NCBI GenBank assembly: GCA_965243135.1
Contig: OZ251539.1
Coordinates: 608,001 to 672,000, forward strand
Direction of reading: 5' to 3'
DNA length: 64,000 nt
DNA from: Alphaproteobacteria bacterium
GTDB taxonomy: Bacteria; Pseudomonadota; Alphaproteobacteria; MPNO01; UBA830
Positions 50,858 through 62,122 of this stretch are shown piece by piece (positions within the stretch are counted from its first letter, which is position 1; each line of letters opens with the position of its first letter). The position numbers and the translations under genes are program-made. Under the pieces are notes generated by a model. It ran no database searches. It was given only the letters and a program-made list of their open reading frames with translations, and was not told the DNA's origin.

Positions 50858-52040
50858 CGGGAACGCCTCCAAGGTGTCCCATCACCCACAGTCGAGACAA
50901 GGACCAACCTTGCTTCGCTTTCTTCCGCAGACGGTCATCGACGACCACGCGGCGAATCGAAGTGCGGCCCGAGTTGGTCCTGGAAACGGTAAACAGTCGC
51001 ACGCGCTCGTCTTGCAACGGCAGGCCGTCCAGAACCAAGGGATTGTGCGTGGTCAGCAGGATCTGGCGAGGCTCGTCCGATTCCAGATACCATCGGCACA
51101 GAGACTCCGTCAGGGATCGGGCCAGCCTGGGATTCAACCCATGATCCGCGTTGTCCACGGCGCAAAGAGCGGGACTTGCTTCGTGTCCGGAAACCACCGC
51201 GAGAAACAGGGCGTACAAGGCGCCTTCGGAAGCGTCATAGCCGGTCAGAACGTTTCGGTCTTCGCGCATGAACCGATCGCGAAACCGGATTGCGCCTGCC
51301 GAAGCGGCGGCGCTCGGGGAGAGCGACAGGCGACCGGAGGAGGTCCAGCCGAAACTCTCCGCCCAATCGAGAAGTTCCAGCGTTTCCAGGCAGATTCGCT
51401 CACTGCGATCATCCCGTTTGCTTTGCCCGAGAAGATCCCGAATTGCTTGCGGAAGGTTTCCCCCGGATAGACCCACCGGTTGCCTTGGTTGCGTTTCCGG
51501 CGCAACGCCGCGCAAGACGGCGGTCGTCGGTGAAAATATGACGTAGCCTTGCAGCAATCTCAAAAGATCAAGCGCGGCGCCCGCGGAGACTTCCACTGCC
51601 TTCAGCGCAGCCAACCCTCGTTCGGGATTGATCTTGCTTCTTCGGGCGGGCGAGCGTCCGACCAGGCTGCCGTCATCCCCTTCCCATGCCTCCGTCTTGA
51701 ATCTCCAGGCGGGTTTCGGATCTTTCAAGGGGTTGTGCAGCGAGACTTCGTATCCGGCTTGCGCGCTACGCGCGTCGAAATACAGATGGGGAGGAATCTT
51801 CGTTCCGGATTTGGCTGGAAAGGCGGACTTGTACAATGCGGGAAGACCGGGACGGACGCCCCGAGCCAGCAATGCTTGGTCGTCAACCTTGCCGTCTGCC
51901 GCCGCGGAGAGAACCCCTAGGGCTTCCAGCAAATTGCTCTTTCCGCTTCCGTTGGCGCCGATGAAAACATTGACCAGTCCAAGGTCGACCGTGACGTCGT
52001 CCAGGGACTTGAAGGTTCTGACGGACAGGTTATCAAGCAT
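50850..52040 (-). CDS. AAA_21/ABC-type ATPase (AbiEii/OLD-like)
   Basis: FKSL, IGANGSGKSNLLEA, ASEG, VDNADHGLNP, LLTTHNP. Confidence 0.9.
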   Translation of the reverse strand: MLDNLSVRTFKSLDDVTVDLGLVNVFIGANGSGKSNLLEALGVLSAAADGKVDDQALLARGVRPGLPALYKSAFPAKSGTKIPPHLYFDARSAQAGYEVSLHNPLKDPKPAWRFKTEAWEGDDGSLVGRSPARRSKINPERGLAALKAVEVSAGAALDLLRLLQGYVIFSPTTAVLRGVAPETQPRQPVGLSGGNLPQAIRDLLGQSKRDDRSERICLETLELLDWAESFGWTSSGRLSLSPSAAASAGAIRFRDRFMREDRNVLTGYDASEGALYALFLAVVSGHEASPALCAVDNADHGLNPRLARSLTESLCRWYLESDEPRQILLTTHNPLVLDGLPLQDERVRLFTVSRTNSGRTSIRRVVVDDRLRKKAKQGWSLSRLWVMGHLGGVPDV

Positions 52041-52110
52041 TCGGAGACAGACCCTCCTTCAACCGCTCCGTCTCGCAATCCGTCCGAACCAGGTCAGGGC
52101 GCAAGGCGGC

Positions 52111-52560
52111 TCAACGCACCGCCGTTCGGCCGCGTCTCAGGACAGGAACTGGCGCCCGAAGGGCTTCAGCGACCGCCGCGGCGCCGGGAAGCGCGTCGAA
52201 GGAGATCCGGCGAGATGACGACCAGGTTCGCGCCTTGCGCGCACCGTTGCGCGGCGACGTCTCGTTTCCTCCGCGAGAAATCGTATTCCGGGCGCTTGGC
52301 GTTCTCAGCCCCGCCATCACTTCCTGTCTTCATATGGCCTTCTCTCGCGCCGCGCGGCCGACCGCGCACTGATCGACCGCGTCCCTAGCGGCCGTTCCGC
52401 GCGACTCTACCACAGGCGCTCGTCGGCGGGACGCCATGCCCAACCCGAGAAGCGCTCTTCGCCACGGGGCCGCCGACAACGGCGCCAGCGGGTCGTCGAA
52501 CACGGTCCTTCTCGAACGAGACGCCGAACGTTTCCCCGTCCATGCGAGGGGTTCTCCCTC
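52111..52560 (-). pseudogene. Degenerate BrnT/BrnA-like toxin-antitoxin pair
   Basis: GVSFE, TVFDDPLA; RPEYDFS, GANLVVISPDL. Confidence 0.6.
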
Positions 52561-53775
52561 GCGCTTCCCCGCCGAGGGATCCGTTCCTGGCATCGTCCCG
52601 CTCGACTCGCGGGCATTGGCGTTTGGGGGCCATGGCGTCAGAGGGCGGCCGGGTTCCGCCGCCCGGCGTCGGACTTGGCGATGAAGCGGACGCAGGGGTA
52701 GCCGGGGGCCTCCACGTCCTCCCGCGCCTTCTCGACGACCTTCCGAGAGCGTGCGATATCGCCCGACCGCCCCGCCGTCGTAGATGGTCTTCACGTCCGG
52801 CATCGGGTCGTCATAGCGGTCGAAGCCGTGGTTGACGCCGACGATGTCGCCGAGACGGGCCTGAAGGCGGCCTCTGCGACCTCGGACTTGCTGCCCGCTC
52901 ATTTCGGATCTTCCGTCGATGGTCGTCGTAACGCACGGGCGGCGAAACCGCGCTTGGCGCTGGCCGCCCCGCCTGCTCGAACCGGCTGACGGCGAGTTCC
53001 GTCGAAGCGGTGCCGGGCCTTCCGCAAAGATCCGTTGCCTTGGCGGGAGCGACGCAAACGCTTCTCTCCGGATGACCAAGTTCAGTCACTGTAAGCGCTC
53101 GGTTGTGGGGCGACGTTGTTGAGAAGCCGCCTTCAGTCCGGTCACAGGGGCTTCGGCAGTTGACCGGGAGAGCGCGCTTGTGCCGCACTTGCCGTGACAA
53201 CGCCGACCTGGCGTCGATCTCGGCGGCCGCGCCACGAACCTGCGACAAACGCGAAGCGCTCCGCCCGGCGTTCGCGGGCCGGGCGCGTCTCCGGGTTCCG
53301 CGCCGCGCTGCAGGGCGGGAGAGCCGGTTGTTCTCGTCGTCGCGGCGGTCCTTCTCGACGGCCGCGTCGCACGGCGGCCGCAGGGCAATTGTGGGAATTC
53401 CCCGGCGGCGGAGAGACGCCGGGCCCGGGAGCTCCGGGAGGAACTCGACGTCGACGAAAGCTGCTTTTCGCCGTTCACCTTCGCGTCTCACCGACGATTT
53501 TCACCTGCCGCTTTACGTCTGCCGGAAATGGAGAGGCCGCGTGAACGGAAGGGCAGCAGGTCGCGTCGGTGAAGCCGGCGCGCCTCGACGCCTGCCCCCC
53601 GCCGACCGCCCGCTGGTCGCCATGCTGCGCGATAACGCGGCTCTTCCGGAGTTGCGGCCGTCACTTTTCCCCGCCGTACCGCCGCGGATACTGTCGGCTG
53701 CCTGTCGCGCGACGCAGACAGGCCTGCCGCCGCCGACTTCTTGACGGCTCCGGCGCGGCGGCCTACCCTTTTCAA

Positions 53776-55299
53776 ATGACGAAACGCATGCTTCCGATCG
53801 GCTTTTCCTCCCTCCGGGAGATCCGGGGGATGGACTGCTACTACGTCGACAAGACGGACCATGTGCGCCGCCTCGTCGAGAGGGGCAAGTACTATTTCCT
53901 GTCGCGTCCGCGGCGGTTCGGCAAGACCCTCCTGGTGGACACGCTGCAGGAGTTGTTCGAGGGAAACGAGGAGTTGTTCCGGGGCCTCGCCGTGCACGGC
54001 GGGTGGGACTGGTCGGCGCGCCACCCGGTCGTGCGGCTCAGCTTCGGCAGGGGCAATTTTGTCGTCCAGGACGGGGTTCGGATAACCGTGGAACGGCAAC
54101 TGGCGGCGGCGGAGAGGCGCGCCGGCCTCGAACCGGATCCCGTCGAGGCGTCGAACCGTTTCGGGGAATTGATCGAGGCCCTGCACGAGCGCACCGGGCG
54201 GCGGACGGTCGTTCTGGTGGACGAATACGACAAGCCGATCCTCGACGCGCTCGGAGACCGGAAGCTGGCGCGGGCCAACCGCGACTTTCTGCGCAGCCTG
54301 TACGGGGCGATCAAGGACTGCGACAGGCATCTCCGTTTCGTTTTCCTGACGGGGGTGAGCAAGTTCTCGAAGTCGGGCTTGTTCTCTGGCCTGAACAATC
54401 TGCGCGACATCACGCTGGCGCCGGAGTTCTCGGACATCTGCGGTTACACGGACGACGAGCTGGACGCGGTCTTCGCCCCGGAACTCGATGGCCTGGACCG
54501 GGACGAGGTCCGCCGCTGGTACAACGGCTACAACTGGTGCGGGCCGGAGAAGCTCTACAACCCGTTCGGCGTCCTGCTGCTGCTCGCCGAGCGCAGGTTC
54601 GGCAACTACTGGTTCGAGAGCGGCACGCCGACCTTCCTGATCGAGACGCTGACGCGCCGCAACCTGCCCACTCCCCGCCTGGACGGCATGATCGGCAGCA
54701 AGGCCTTGCTCTCGGCCTTCGACGTGGACAGGATCTCGGTCGAGGCCCTTCTGTTCCAGGCTGGCTACCTTACCATCGCCGGCGAGGAGGACGGGCGCTA
54801 CCGGCTGGGCTACCCGAACCTCGAGGTGCGCCAAAGCCTGGGCGAGGCCCTGCTGGAAGAACTGCTCCCGGACGAGGCCCGCGAGGAGGCGGAGAACCTG
54901 CGGCTGGGCGAATTGCTGGAAGCGAACGACTTCGAGCGCCTCGGGACCCTGTTCCGCGGCGTCTTCGCCGCCATCCCGCACCAGTGGTACATGAACAGCC
55001 CGGTGTACGAGGCCCACTACGCGAGCGTCATCCACAGCTGCTTCCTGATGGAGGGCCTCGAGCCGATTGCCGAGGACAGCGGCAGCCGGGGGCGCGCCGA
55101 CATGGCGATCCGCGTCGGCGGGCGCGTTTACCTGTTCGAGTTCAAGGTGGTGGAGCGCGGACGGGAGGGGACCGCGCTCGCGCAGTTGCGGGAGAAGGGC
55201 TACGCGGACAAGTACCGCCACCTCGGGCGTTCGGTCCACCTGATCGGGGTGGAGTTCAGCCGCGAAGAGCGCAACGTCGTCGGATGCGAAACCGCCTGA
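53776..55299 (+). CDS. AAA-ATPase-like protein with C-terminal PD-(D/E)XK nuclease (PDDEXK_9 type)
   Basis: LPIG, YYVDKT, LSRPRRFGKT, VDEYDKP, LYNPF, GRADM..LFEFK, KGYADKY. Confidence 0.92.
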   Translation: MTKRMLPIGFSSLREIRGMDCYYVDKTDHVRRLVERGKYYFLSRPRRFGKTLLVDTLQELFEGNEELFRGLAVHGGWDWSARHPVVRLSFGRGNFVVQDGVRITVERQLAAAERRAGLEPDPVEASNRFGELIEALHERTGRRTVVLVDEYDKPILDALGDRKLARANRDFLRSLYGAIKDCDRHLRFVFLTGVSKFSKSGLFSGLNNLRDITLAPEFSDICGYTDDELDAVFAPELDGLDRDEVRRWYNGYNWCGPEKLYNPFGVLLLLAERRFGNYWFESGTPTFLIETLTRRNLPTPRLDGMIGSKALLSAFDVDRISVEALLFQAGYLTIAGEEDGRYRLGYPNLEVRQSLGEALLEELLPDEAREEAENLRLGELLEANDFERLGTLFRGVFAAIPHQWYMNSPVYEAHYASVIHSCFLMEGLEPIAEDSGSRGRADMAIRVGGRVYLFEFKVVERGREGTALAQLREKGYADKYRHLGRSVHLIGVEFSREERNVVGCETA

Positions 55300-55719
55300 A
55301 CGGCTTCCCGTCCGGACGCGGCCGCCTCCGCGAAAGAACGCCGTCCGCGAGGCGGGTCCGGCCTGCGGCGGCAGCCGGTTCCGCCGGTTCGTCGCACGGC
55401 TTGACGGGCCGCCTCGGGGCCGGCGCGCTTCTGATGGCGGCGGGCCGGCCTCGTTTTGCGCGGTTCGCAACCGAGCGAAAGTTCACGGTCCGACGAAAAC
55501 GGAAGAATTCGCAGCCGGAAACCCGGGAGGCGGTCGACGCCGCCCGGGAAACGGCGGAGGGCGCGGATATTCCGTCGACGGCGACCGAATTCCAGCGACC
55601 GGGGCCGGCGCGACGAAACGGGACGGGCCGCTGGACAGGGCCGAAGTTCGGCAGGGAAGGCCCGGCGAAGGAGCAGGGCCCGCGGCGTTCGTTTCGAGGG
55701 CCGGAGAGCGGCGCCCCGA

Positions 55720-55960
55720 AGCCGCGACCGCTCCAGGTTCAAGGCCGACTTCGAACGCGAATGCCGCAAACGCAGCCTCTTTGCCCCACCCGAACTCATG
55801 CGTCGAACGCAACAACGGCGCCTGGCGATGCGAGTTTTACGCAACCCGGAACCTCGACACCGACGACCTCGACGACGCCAACCGGCGGATCGGCACCTTC
55901 GCCGACGAGTTCAACGCCTTCGGACCCCGCCAAGCCGATTGCCTTCGCTCCCTGACGGCA
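55720..55960 (+). pseudogene. Integrase-core (IS481/IS3-like) remnant
   Basis: CVERNNGAWRCEFY...FADEFN. Confidence 0.55.
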
Positions 55961-56064
55961 AAGAAGACCCCGCCATCCGTAGCGAACGAGGACGCCGGAT
56001 TGACTTGACCGGCCGGCGTCGTCAGTCTGCGGTGAGCGAGCTCCGGACAGGGAGGCGCGGCAGG

Positions 56065-56871
56065 ATGAACGATGGGGTTCCGATCCTCGAAGCGCGCGGC
56101 GTGACGCTGCGATTCGGCGGGGTGACCGCTCTCGAGGACGTCGATTTCGAGATCGCCGGCGGCGCCCTGTTCTCGATCATCGGCCCCAACGGCGCCGGCA
56201 AGACCTCCCTCCTCAACTGCGTCTCTGGACGCTACCGGCCCACCGCCGGCGAAATCCTCTACAAGGGCGATTCGCTCTCCGGCCTGACCGCCAACCACCG
56301 CGCCGGACTCGGCATCGGGCGCACCTTCCAGAATCTGGCGCTGTTCGGCCACATGACGGTGATGGACAACATCATGGTCGGACGCCATCACCTGTTGAAG
56401 AACAACTTCCTCACCGGCGCGCTCTACTGGATCGGCGGCGCCCGCAGGGAGGAAGTCGCCCACCGCCGCGAAGTGGAGGAAGTCATCGATTTCCTCGAGA
56501 TCCAGGAAATCCGCCACGCCGTGGCGGGGACGCTGCCCTACGGCTTGCGCAAGCGCGTGGAACTCGCCCGCGCCGTCGCCCTCAAGCCCGACCTTATCCT
56601 GCTCGACGAGCCGATGGCCGGAATGAACCTCGAGGAGAAAGAGGACATGGCGCGTTACGTCATCGACCTCAACGAGGAATGGGGCATGACGGTGGCGATG
56701 ATCGAGCACGACATGTCGGTGGTGATGGACATCTCGCACCGCGTCATGGTTCTTGATTTCGGAAGAAAGATCGCCGACGGCGCGCCGGCCGAGGTGATGA
56801 ACGACGAAAGCGTCAGGAAGGCCTATCTGGGCGAGGAAGATCCGCCGGAGGAGCGCGGGGAGGCGGCGTGA
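56065..56871 (+). CDS. Branched-chain-type ABC transporter ATP-binding protein (LivG-like)
   Basis: FGGVTAL, GPNGAGKT, RTFQN, LLDEPMAG, IEHDM. Confidence 0.95.
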   Translation: MNDGVPILEARGVTLRFGGVTALEDVDFEIAGGALFSIIGPNGAGKTSLLNCVSGRYRPTAGEILYKGDSLSGLTANHRAGLGIGRTFQNLALFGHMTVMDNIMVGRHHLLKNNFLTGALYWIGGARREEVAHRREVEEVIDFLEIQEIRHAVAGTLPYGLRKRVELARAVALKPDLILLDEPMAGMNLEEKEDMARYVIDLNEEWGMTVAMIEHDMSVVMDISHRVMVLDFGRKIADGAPAEVMNDESVRKAYLGEEDPPEERGEAA

Positions 56872-58799
56872 ACGATTGGCTCGACGTCGCGCGCTTCGAT
56901 ACGTTTCCGAAAGCGCTCAAACGCAACGCGGAGGGCTGGCCGGACGAGGCGGCTCTGCGCGAAAAGGACTTCGGGTTGTGGCGCGCGATCTCCTGGGCCG
57001 AATACCATTCCCGCGTCCGCGCTCTCGCGCTCGGCCTGCGCGGCCTCGGCGTGGAGCGCGGCGACTGCGTGGCGCTGATCGGCGACAACCGGCCCGGCTG
57101 GGTGTTCGGCGAGGTGGCGGCGCACGCGCTGCGCGCGACGAGCCTCGGAATCTACCGGGATGCGCTTGAAGACGAGGTCGCCTACCTGGTCGAGCACGCG
57201 GGCGTCCGCGTCGTCATCGCCGAAGACGAGGAGCAGGTCGACAAGCTGCTGTCGCTGGGAGACCGCATTCCAACCGTCGAGCGTATCGTCTTTTCCGATC
57301 CGCGGGGAATGCGCAAGTACGATGACGCGCGGTTGATGGATCTCGCGGCCCTGGCCGCGGCCGGCGAGGAGGCCCACAGGGAGGAGCCCGGCCTCTACGA
57401 CGAACTGGTCGCGGCGGGCGAGGGCGGCGACGTCGCCATTCTCTGCACGACTTCGGGCACCACGTCGCGGCCCAAGCTCGCGATGCTCCAGGGCGGGCCG
57501 TTTCTGGCGCATGCCCGCGCCTATCTCGAAGCCGACTCCAAAGGGCCGGGCGACGAGTACGTATCGGTGTTGCCGTTGCCCTGGATCATGGAGCAGGTCT
57601 ATGCGCTCGCCAAGTCTCTGGTTTGCCGCATGACGATCAATTTCGTCGAGGAGCCGGAGACCGCGATGGCCGACATGCGCGAGATCGGACCGACCTTTCT
57701 GCTGCTGGCGCCGAGGGTGTGGGAGCAGATCGCCGCGGACGTGCGCGCCCGGATGCTGGACGCTTCGCCGCTCAAGCGCCGGATGTACGATCTCGGAACC
57801 CGGCTCGGCATGGCGGCGCTCGACCGTGGCCGCCGGTCGGCGCTGGCCGACCTCATCCTCTACCGTCCCTTGCGCGACAGGCTCGGCTTCAGCCGGCTGC
57901 GTTCGGCCGCGACCGGCGGCGCCGCGCTCGGGCCGGACACCTTCCGCTTTTTTCTGGCGATGGGAGTGCCGTTGCGTCAACTCTACGGCCAGACCGAAAC
58001 CGCCGGCGCCTACACGCTGCATGCCGCCGGCGACGTCGATTTCGACTCGGTGGGCGTTCCCTTCCGGGATTGCGAGGTGCGCGTGCGGGATCCCGATTCG
58101 GAAGGCGTCGGCGAGGTCGTCACGCGCCATCCCAACATGTTCCTCGGCTATTTCCGGGGCGAGGAGGCGACGCGCGAGGCTTTGCGCGACGGCTGGATGC
58201 ATACCGGCGACGCGGGCTATTTCAAGGACGGCGGGCGGCTGGTCGTGATCGACAGGATGGCCGACCTCGCCACGACCGACCGCGGCATCCGTTTCTCGCC
58301 CCAGTTCATCGAGAACAAGCTCAAATTCTCTCCCTACGTCGCCGAGGCCGTGGTCCTCGGCGGCGGACGCGGCTATCTGGCCGCAATGATCTGCATCAGG
58401 TTTTCGATCGTTTCCAGGTGGGCCGAGCGCAACCGCATCGCGTTCACCACCTATACCGACCTGTCGGCGCGGCGCGAGGTCTGCGAGCTGATCCGCGCCG
58501 AAGTCGACTCGGTCAACGCGTCGCTGCCGGAAGGCCAGCGCATTCGCAGATTCCTGCTTCTTTACAAGGAGCTCGACGCCGACGACGGCGAACTTACCCG
58601 CACGAGGAAGGTTCGCCGCGGCGTGGTGTTCGAGAAGTACGGAGACATCGTCGATGCCGTCTACGGCGACCGCGACGCGGTCGACGTCGATACGACGATC
58701 GCCTTTCAGGACGGCACGACGCAGCGAATTCGGACGAATCTGGCCATCGTCGACCTCGACGGGCCGGGCGGGACTCGAACGGAGGCGGGCGCGCCATGA
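56868..58799 (+). CDS. Long-chain acyl-CoA synthetase (AMP-binding)
   Basis: TSGTTSRPK, YGQTE, WMHTGDAG, ELTRTRKVRR. Confidence 0.93.
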   Translation: MNDWLDVARFDTFPKALKRNAEGWPDEAALREKDFGLWRAISWAEYHSRVRALALGLRGLGVERGDCVALIGDNRPGWVFGEVAAHALRATSLGIYRDALEDEVAYLVEHAGVRVVIAEDEEQVDKLLSLGDRIPTVERIVFSDPRGMRKYDDARLMDLAALAAAGEEAHREEPGLYDELVAAGEGGDVAILCTTSGTTSRPKLAMLQGGPFLAHARAYLEADSKGPGDEYVSVLPLPWIMEQVYALAKSLVCRMTINFVEEPETAMADMREIGPTFLLLAPRVWEQIAADVRARMLDASPLKRRMYDLGTRLGMAALDRGRRSALADLILYRPLRDRLGFSRLRSAATGGAALGPDTFRFFLAMGVPLRQLYGQTETAGAYTLHAAGDVDFDSVGVPFRDCEVRVRDPDSEGVGEVVTRHPNMFLGYFRGEEATREALRDGWMHTGDAGYFKDGGRLVVIDRMADLATTDRGIRFSPQFIENKLKFSPYVAEAVVLGGGRGYLAAMICIRFSIVSRWAERNRIAFTTYTDLSARREVCELIRAEVDSVNASLPEGQRIRRFLLLYKELDADDGELTRTRKVRRGVVFEKYGDIVDAVYGDRDAVDVDTTIAFQDGTTQRIRTNLAIVDLDGPGGTRTEAGAP

Positions 58800-59689
58800 A
58801 CACGGAACTGCTTCTCCAGCTGGTCGTCAACGGCGTCGTCATCGGCACGCTCTACGGCGTCGTCGCGATGTGCTTCGTCCTGATCTACAAGGCGTCCCAG
58901 ATCGTCAATTTCGCGCAGGGCGAGTTTCTGCTGGTCGGGGCGTGGGTCTGCTGGTGGATCCTGACCGATTTCGACGTGCCGTTCGTCTGGGGCTTCCTGC
59001 TGACGCTGGCGTTCATGATGGCGTTCGGCGTCCTGCTGCAGGTCGTCGTGCTGCGTCCGATGATCGGCGAGTCGATCATCTCCGTGGTCATGGTGACCAT
59101 CGGGCTGTCGATCTTCTTCCAAGCCTTGATGAAATGGCTGTTCGGGGTGTTCGTCCAGCCTTTCCCCGAGGTCTTCGAGACCAAGGCCGTCGACGTGCTC
59201 GGCCTGCAGGTGCAGACCATCTACCTGATGAGCATGGCGATTTCGCTGGTGATCATGGCGGCGTTCGCATGGTTCTTCAAATTCTCGCGGATCGGACTGG
59301 CCATGCGGGCGACCGCCTTCGACCAGCAGGCGGCGCAGTCGCTCGGGATTTCGATCAAGCAGGTTTTCGCGACCTCCTGGGCCATATCGGCGATGGTCTC
59401 GGCCCTGGCCGGCGTGACCGTCGGCGTCGTCAACGGCGTGTCGTCCGAACTTTCCTTCTTCGGGATCAAGGTGTTCCCGGCGGTGATTCTGGGCGGCCTC
59501 GATTCGGTGTTCGGCGCCGTCGTCGGAGGGCTCGTCGTCGGCGTCCTCGAAAATCTCGCGGAATTCGCCGACAGCCAGTTCCTGAACTGGGGCAATCTGT
59601 TCGTCGTCGCGCCGTTCTACGCGCTGATCGTCATCCTGATGATCAAGCCGCGCGGCTTCTTCGGCACCGAAGAGATCGAGCGGGTCTAG
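58796..59689 (+). CDS. ABC permease (LivH-like)
   Basis: NFAQGEF, GLAMRATA, ILGGLDS. Confidence 0.95.
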   Translation: MNTELLLQLVVNGVVIGTLYGVVAMCFVLIYKASQIVNFAQGEFLLVGAWVCWWILTDFDVPFVWGFLLTLAFMMAFGVLLQVVVLRPMIGESIISVVMVTIGLSIFFQALMKWLFGVFVQPFPEVFETKAVDVLGLQVQTIYLMSMAISLVIMAAFAWFFKFSRIGLAMRATAFDQQAAQSLGISIKQVFATSWAISAMVSALAGVTVGVVNGVSSELSFFGIKVFPAVILGGLDSVFGAVVGGLVVGVLENLAEFADSQFLNWGNLFVVAPFYALIVILMIKPRGFFGTEEIERV

Positions 59690-59695
59690 CGCGCC

Positions 59696-60754
59696 ATGCG
59701 CCCGACGGGGGATTTCCGCACCAGCTATCAGGCCGACATGACGATCTTCCCGACGCGCGCCTCCCGGCTCGCCTGTTGGGCCGCGATCGCCGCGCTGTGC
59801 GCCTGTCCCTGGGCGCTGGACGGATACATGCTCAACCTGATGATCCAGATCGCCTATCTGGGCATCGCCGCGCTCGGGCTGAACATCCTCGTGGGCTTCA
59901 CCGGCCAGATTTCGCTGGGGCATTCGGCGTTCTTCGGTTTCGGCGCCTTTTCGTCCGCCTGGGTCAGCAACGAGCTGGGCGTCCCGGTGTTTTTCGCGAT
60001 CCCGATCGCCGGGCTGATGACGACCGCGGTCGGCATGATCTTCGGCATACCCGCCGCGCGCATAAGGGGCCTCTACCTGCTGATGGCGACGCTGGCCTCG
60101 CAGTTCATCCTGCAGGACTTCTTCGCCCGCGCCGAATGGTTCACGGGCGGCGCCGCGGGCGCGCTCGCGGAGCCGTTCTCGATCCTGGGCTTCGCCTTCG
60201 ACGGAGACCGGTCGTTTTTCTACGTCGCGCTGGTCTATCTCGTCGTCATGTACGTCGCGGCGTCGAACCTGATGCGCACGCGGGACGGACGGGCTTTCGT
60301 CGCCGTCCGCGACCACTACCTGTCGGCCGAGATAATGGGGGTCAACCTGACGAAGTACCGGATTCTGTCTTTCGGAATCTCCTCGTTCTACGCCGGCGTC
60401 GGCGGCGCGCTGTTCGCGCATTATCTCGGCTTCGTCTCCGTCGAAGGGTTCGACATCTTCCAGTCCGTGCAGTTTCTCGGGATGATCATCATCGGGGGAC
60501 TCGGCTCGGTGATGGGTTCGTTGATGGGAACCGCGTTCATGGTTCTCCTGCCCGAGGTCATGGAAGGCGCGGCGGGACTGCTCAGGGACACGCCGTGGGG
60601 AAAGCTGCCGGCGTTCAGCACCGGCCTGCCCTACCTGAAGGAAATGGCGATCGGCCTGGCGATCGTGCTGTTCCTGATCTTCGAACCCGACGGGCTGGCC
60701 CATCGCTGGCGGCAGACCAAGGCGTATTTCAAGCTGTACCCGTTTTCCTATTAG
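59696..60754 (+). CDS. ABC permease (LivM-like)
   Basis: GQISLGHSAF, GRAFVAVRD, IIGGLGS. Confidence 0.95.
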   Translation: MRPTGDFRTSYQADMTIFPTRASRLACWAAIAALCACPWALDGYMLNLMIQIAYLGIAALGLNILVGFTGQISLGHSAFFGFGAFSSAWVSNELGVPVFFAIPIAGLMTTAVGMIFGIPAARIRGLYLLMATLASQFILQDFFARAEWFTGGAAGALAEPFSILGFAFDGDRSFFYVALVYLVVMYVAASNLMRTRDGRAFVAVRDHYLSAEIMGVNLTKYRILSFGISSFYAGVGGALFAHYLGFVSVEGFDIFQSVQFLGMIIIGGLGSVMGSLMGTAFMVLLPEVMEGAAGLLRDTPWGKLPAFSTGLPYLKEMAIGLAIVLFLIFEPDGLAHRWRQTKAYFKLYPFSY

Positions 60755-60827
60755 TTCTACAGTCGGGCCGGAGGCGAAACCTTCCTTTCAATCGAACTGG
60801 ACGAGAAACCAGCGAAGGAGGAGACCA

Positions 60828-62066
60828 ATGCACAAGTTCACGATGGCGCTTGCCGGCGCGGCGTTCGCCGCCGGCGGCGCGGCGGCGCAGCAGACGATTC
60901 CGGTCGGCAATCTCATAGATTTCACCGGGCGAACGGCGGTGGTGGGCAAGGAATACGGCCAAGCCAAGATCGACGCCGTCGAGTACATCAACAAGAACGG
61001 CGGCATCAACGGCAAGAAAATCGACCTTCTGACCGTCGATTATTCCTATGTCGTTCCGCGCGCCATCGCCGCCTACAAGAAGTGGAAGTCGCAGAACGAC
61101 GTCGTGGCGGTTCAGGGCTGGGGAACGGGCGACACGGAAGCCCTGATCAGCTTCGTCGCACGGGACAAGACGCCGTATTTCTCGGCTTCGTATTCGGCGC
61201 ATCTCACCGACCCGATGGGCAAGGGGCCGAAGACCAAGAAGGCCGCGCCGTACAACTATCCGATGGGTCCGTCCTATTCCGACGGCGCCCGCGCGCTGAT
61301 CCAGTGGGCGGCGGCCGATTGGAAGAAGAAGGGCATGACGGGCAGCCCCAAATACGTGCACATGGGCGACAACCACCCGTATCCGAACGCGCCCAAGGAG
61401 GCGGGGGAGGCCTACGCCAAGGAGCTCGGCTTCGAAGTGCTTCCGGCGATCCAGTACTCGCTGGCTCCGGGCGACTTCAAGGCGCAATGCCTGAGCCTGA
61501 AGAATTCGGGGGCGAACTACGCCTTCCTCGCCAACACCTCGGGTTCCAACATCTCGCTCCTCAAGTCGTGCGCCACGGTCGGCGCCGAGACCCAGTTCAT
61601 GAGCAACATCTGGGGCTACGACGAGAACGTCATGAAGGCCGCCGGCGCCGCGGCGAACGGCGTCGTCTGGGTGATGGGCGCCGCCAAGTGGGGCGACGAC
61701 GTGCCTGGGATGAAGCTGGTCAAGGCGATTTCCGCGATGTCCGATCCCGACGGCGAGAAGTACCGCGCCGTCCACTACATCCGCGGCGTCTGCTCGGTCT
61801 ATTTCATGAAGGAGGCGATGGAATGGGCCGACGCCAACGGCGGGATCGACGGCCCGAACATCAAGAAGGGCATGTACGCCAAGAAGAACTGGGTGCCCAA
61901 GGGGCTCGAAGGCGTTTGCCCGCCCGGCACCTGGACGGCCGAGGACCATCGCGGCTTCACCGAGGCGCTGGTCTATCGCGGCGACGTGAAGAGCGGAACG
62001 GAATGGTCGATGGCCAACCTGTTCGCCGCGAACATTCCGCGCAAGCCCGAGTGGCTGGGCTGGTAG
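60828..62066 (+). CDS. ABC substrate-binding protein (LivJ-like)
   Basis: Signal peptide; INKNGGINGKKI; GGAGGAG RBS. Confidence 0.93.
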   Translation: MHKFTMALAGAAFAAGGAAAQQTIPVGNLIDFTGRTAVVGKEYGQAKIDAVEYINKNGGINGKKIDLLTVDYSYVVPRAIAAYKKWKSQNDVVAVQGWGTGDTEALISFVARDKTPYFSASYSAHLTDPMGKGPKTKKAAPYNYPMGPSYSDGARALIQWAAADWKKKGMTGSPKYVHMGDNHPYPNAPKEAGEAYAKELGFEVLPAIQYSLAPGDFKAQCLSLKNSGANYAFLANTSGSNISLLKSCATVGAETQFMSNIWGYDENVMKAAGAAANGVVWVMGAAKWGDDVPGMKLVKAISAMSDPDGEKYRAVHYIRGVCSVYFMKEAMEWADANGGIDGPNIKKGMYAKKNWVPKGLEGVCPPGTWTAEDHRGFTEALVYRGDVKSGTEWSMANLFAANIPRKPEWLGW

Positions 62067-62122
62067 GGATCCCGAACGCCGGACGGGGAGGCGGCAGGCC
62101 TCTCCGCCCGGCGGCCTGACGC

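Noticed and set aside
48633-55299. Complete DGR cassette
   Set aside because: No reverse transcriptase, Avd or AAC-rich template repeat found in the window
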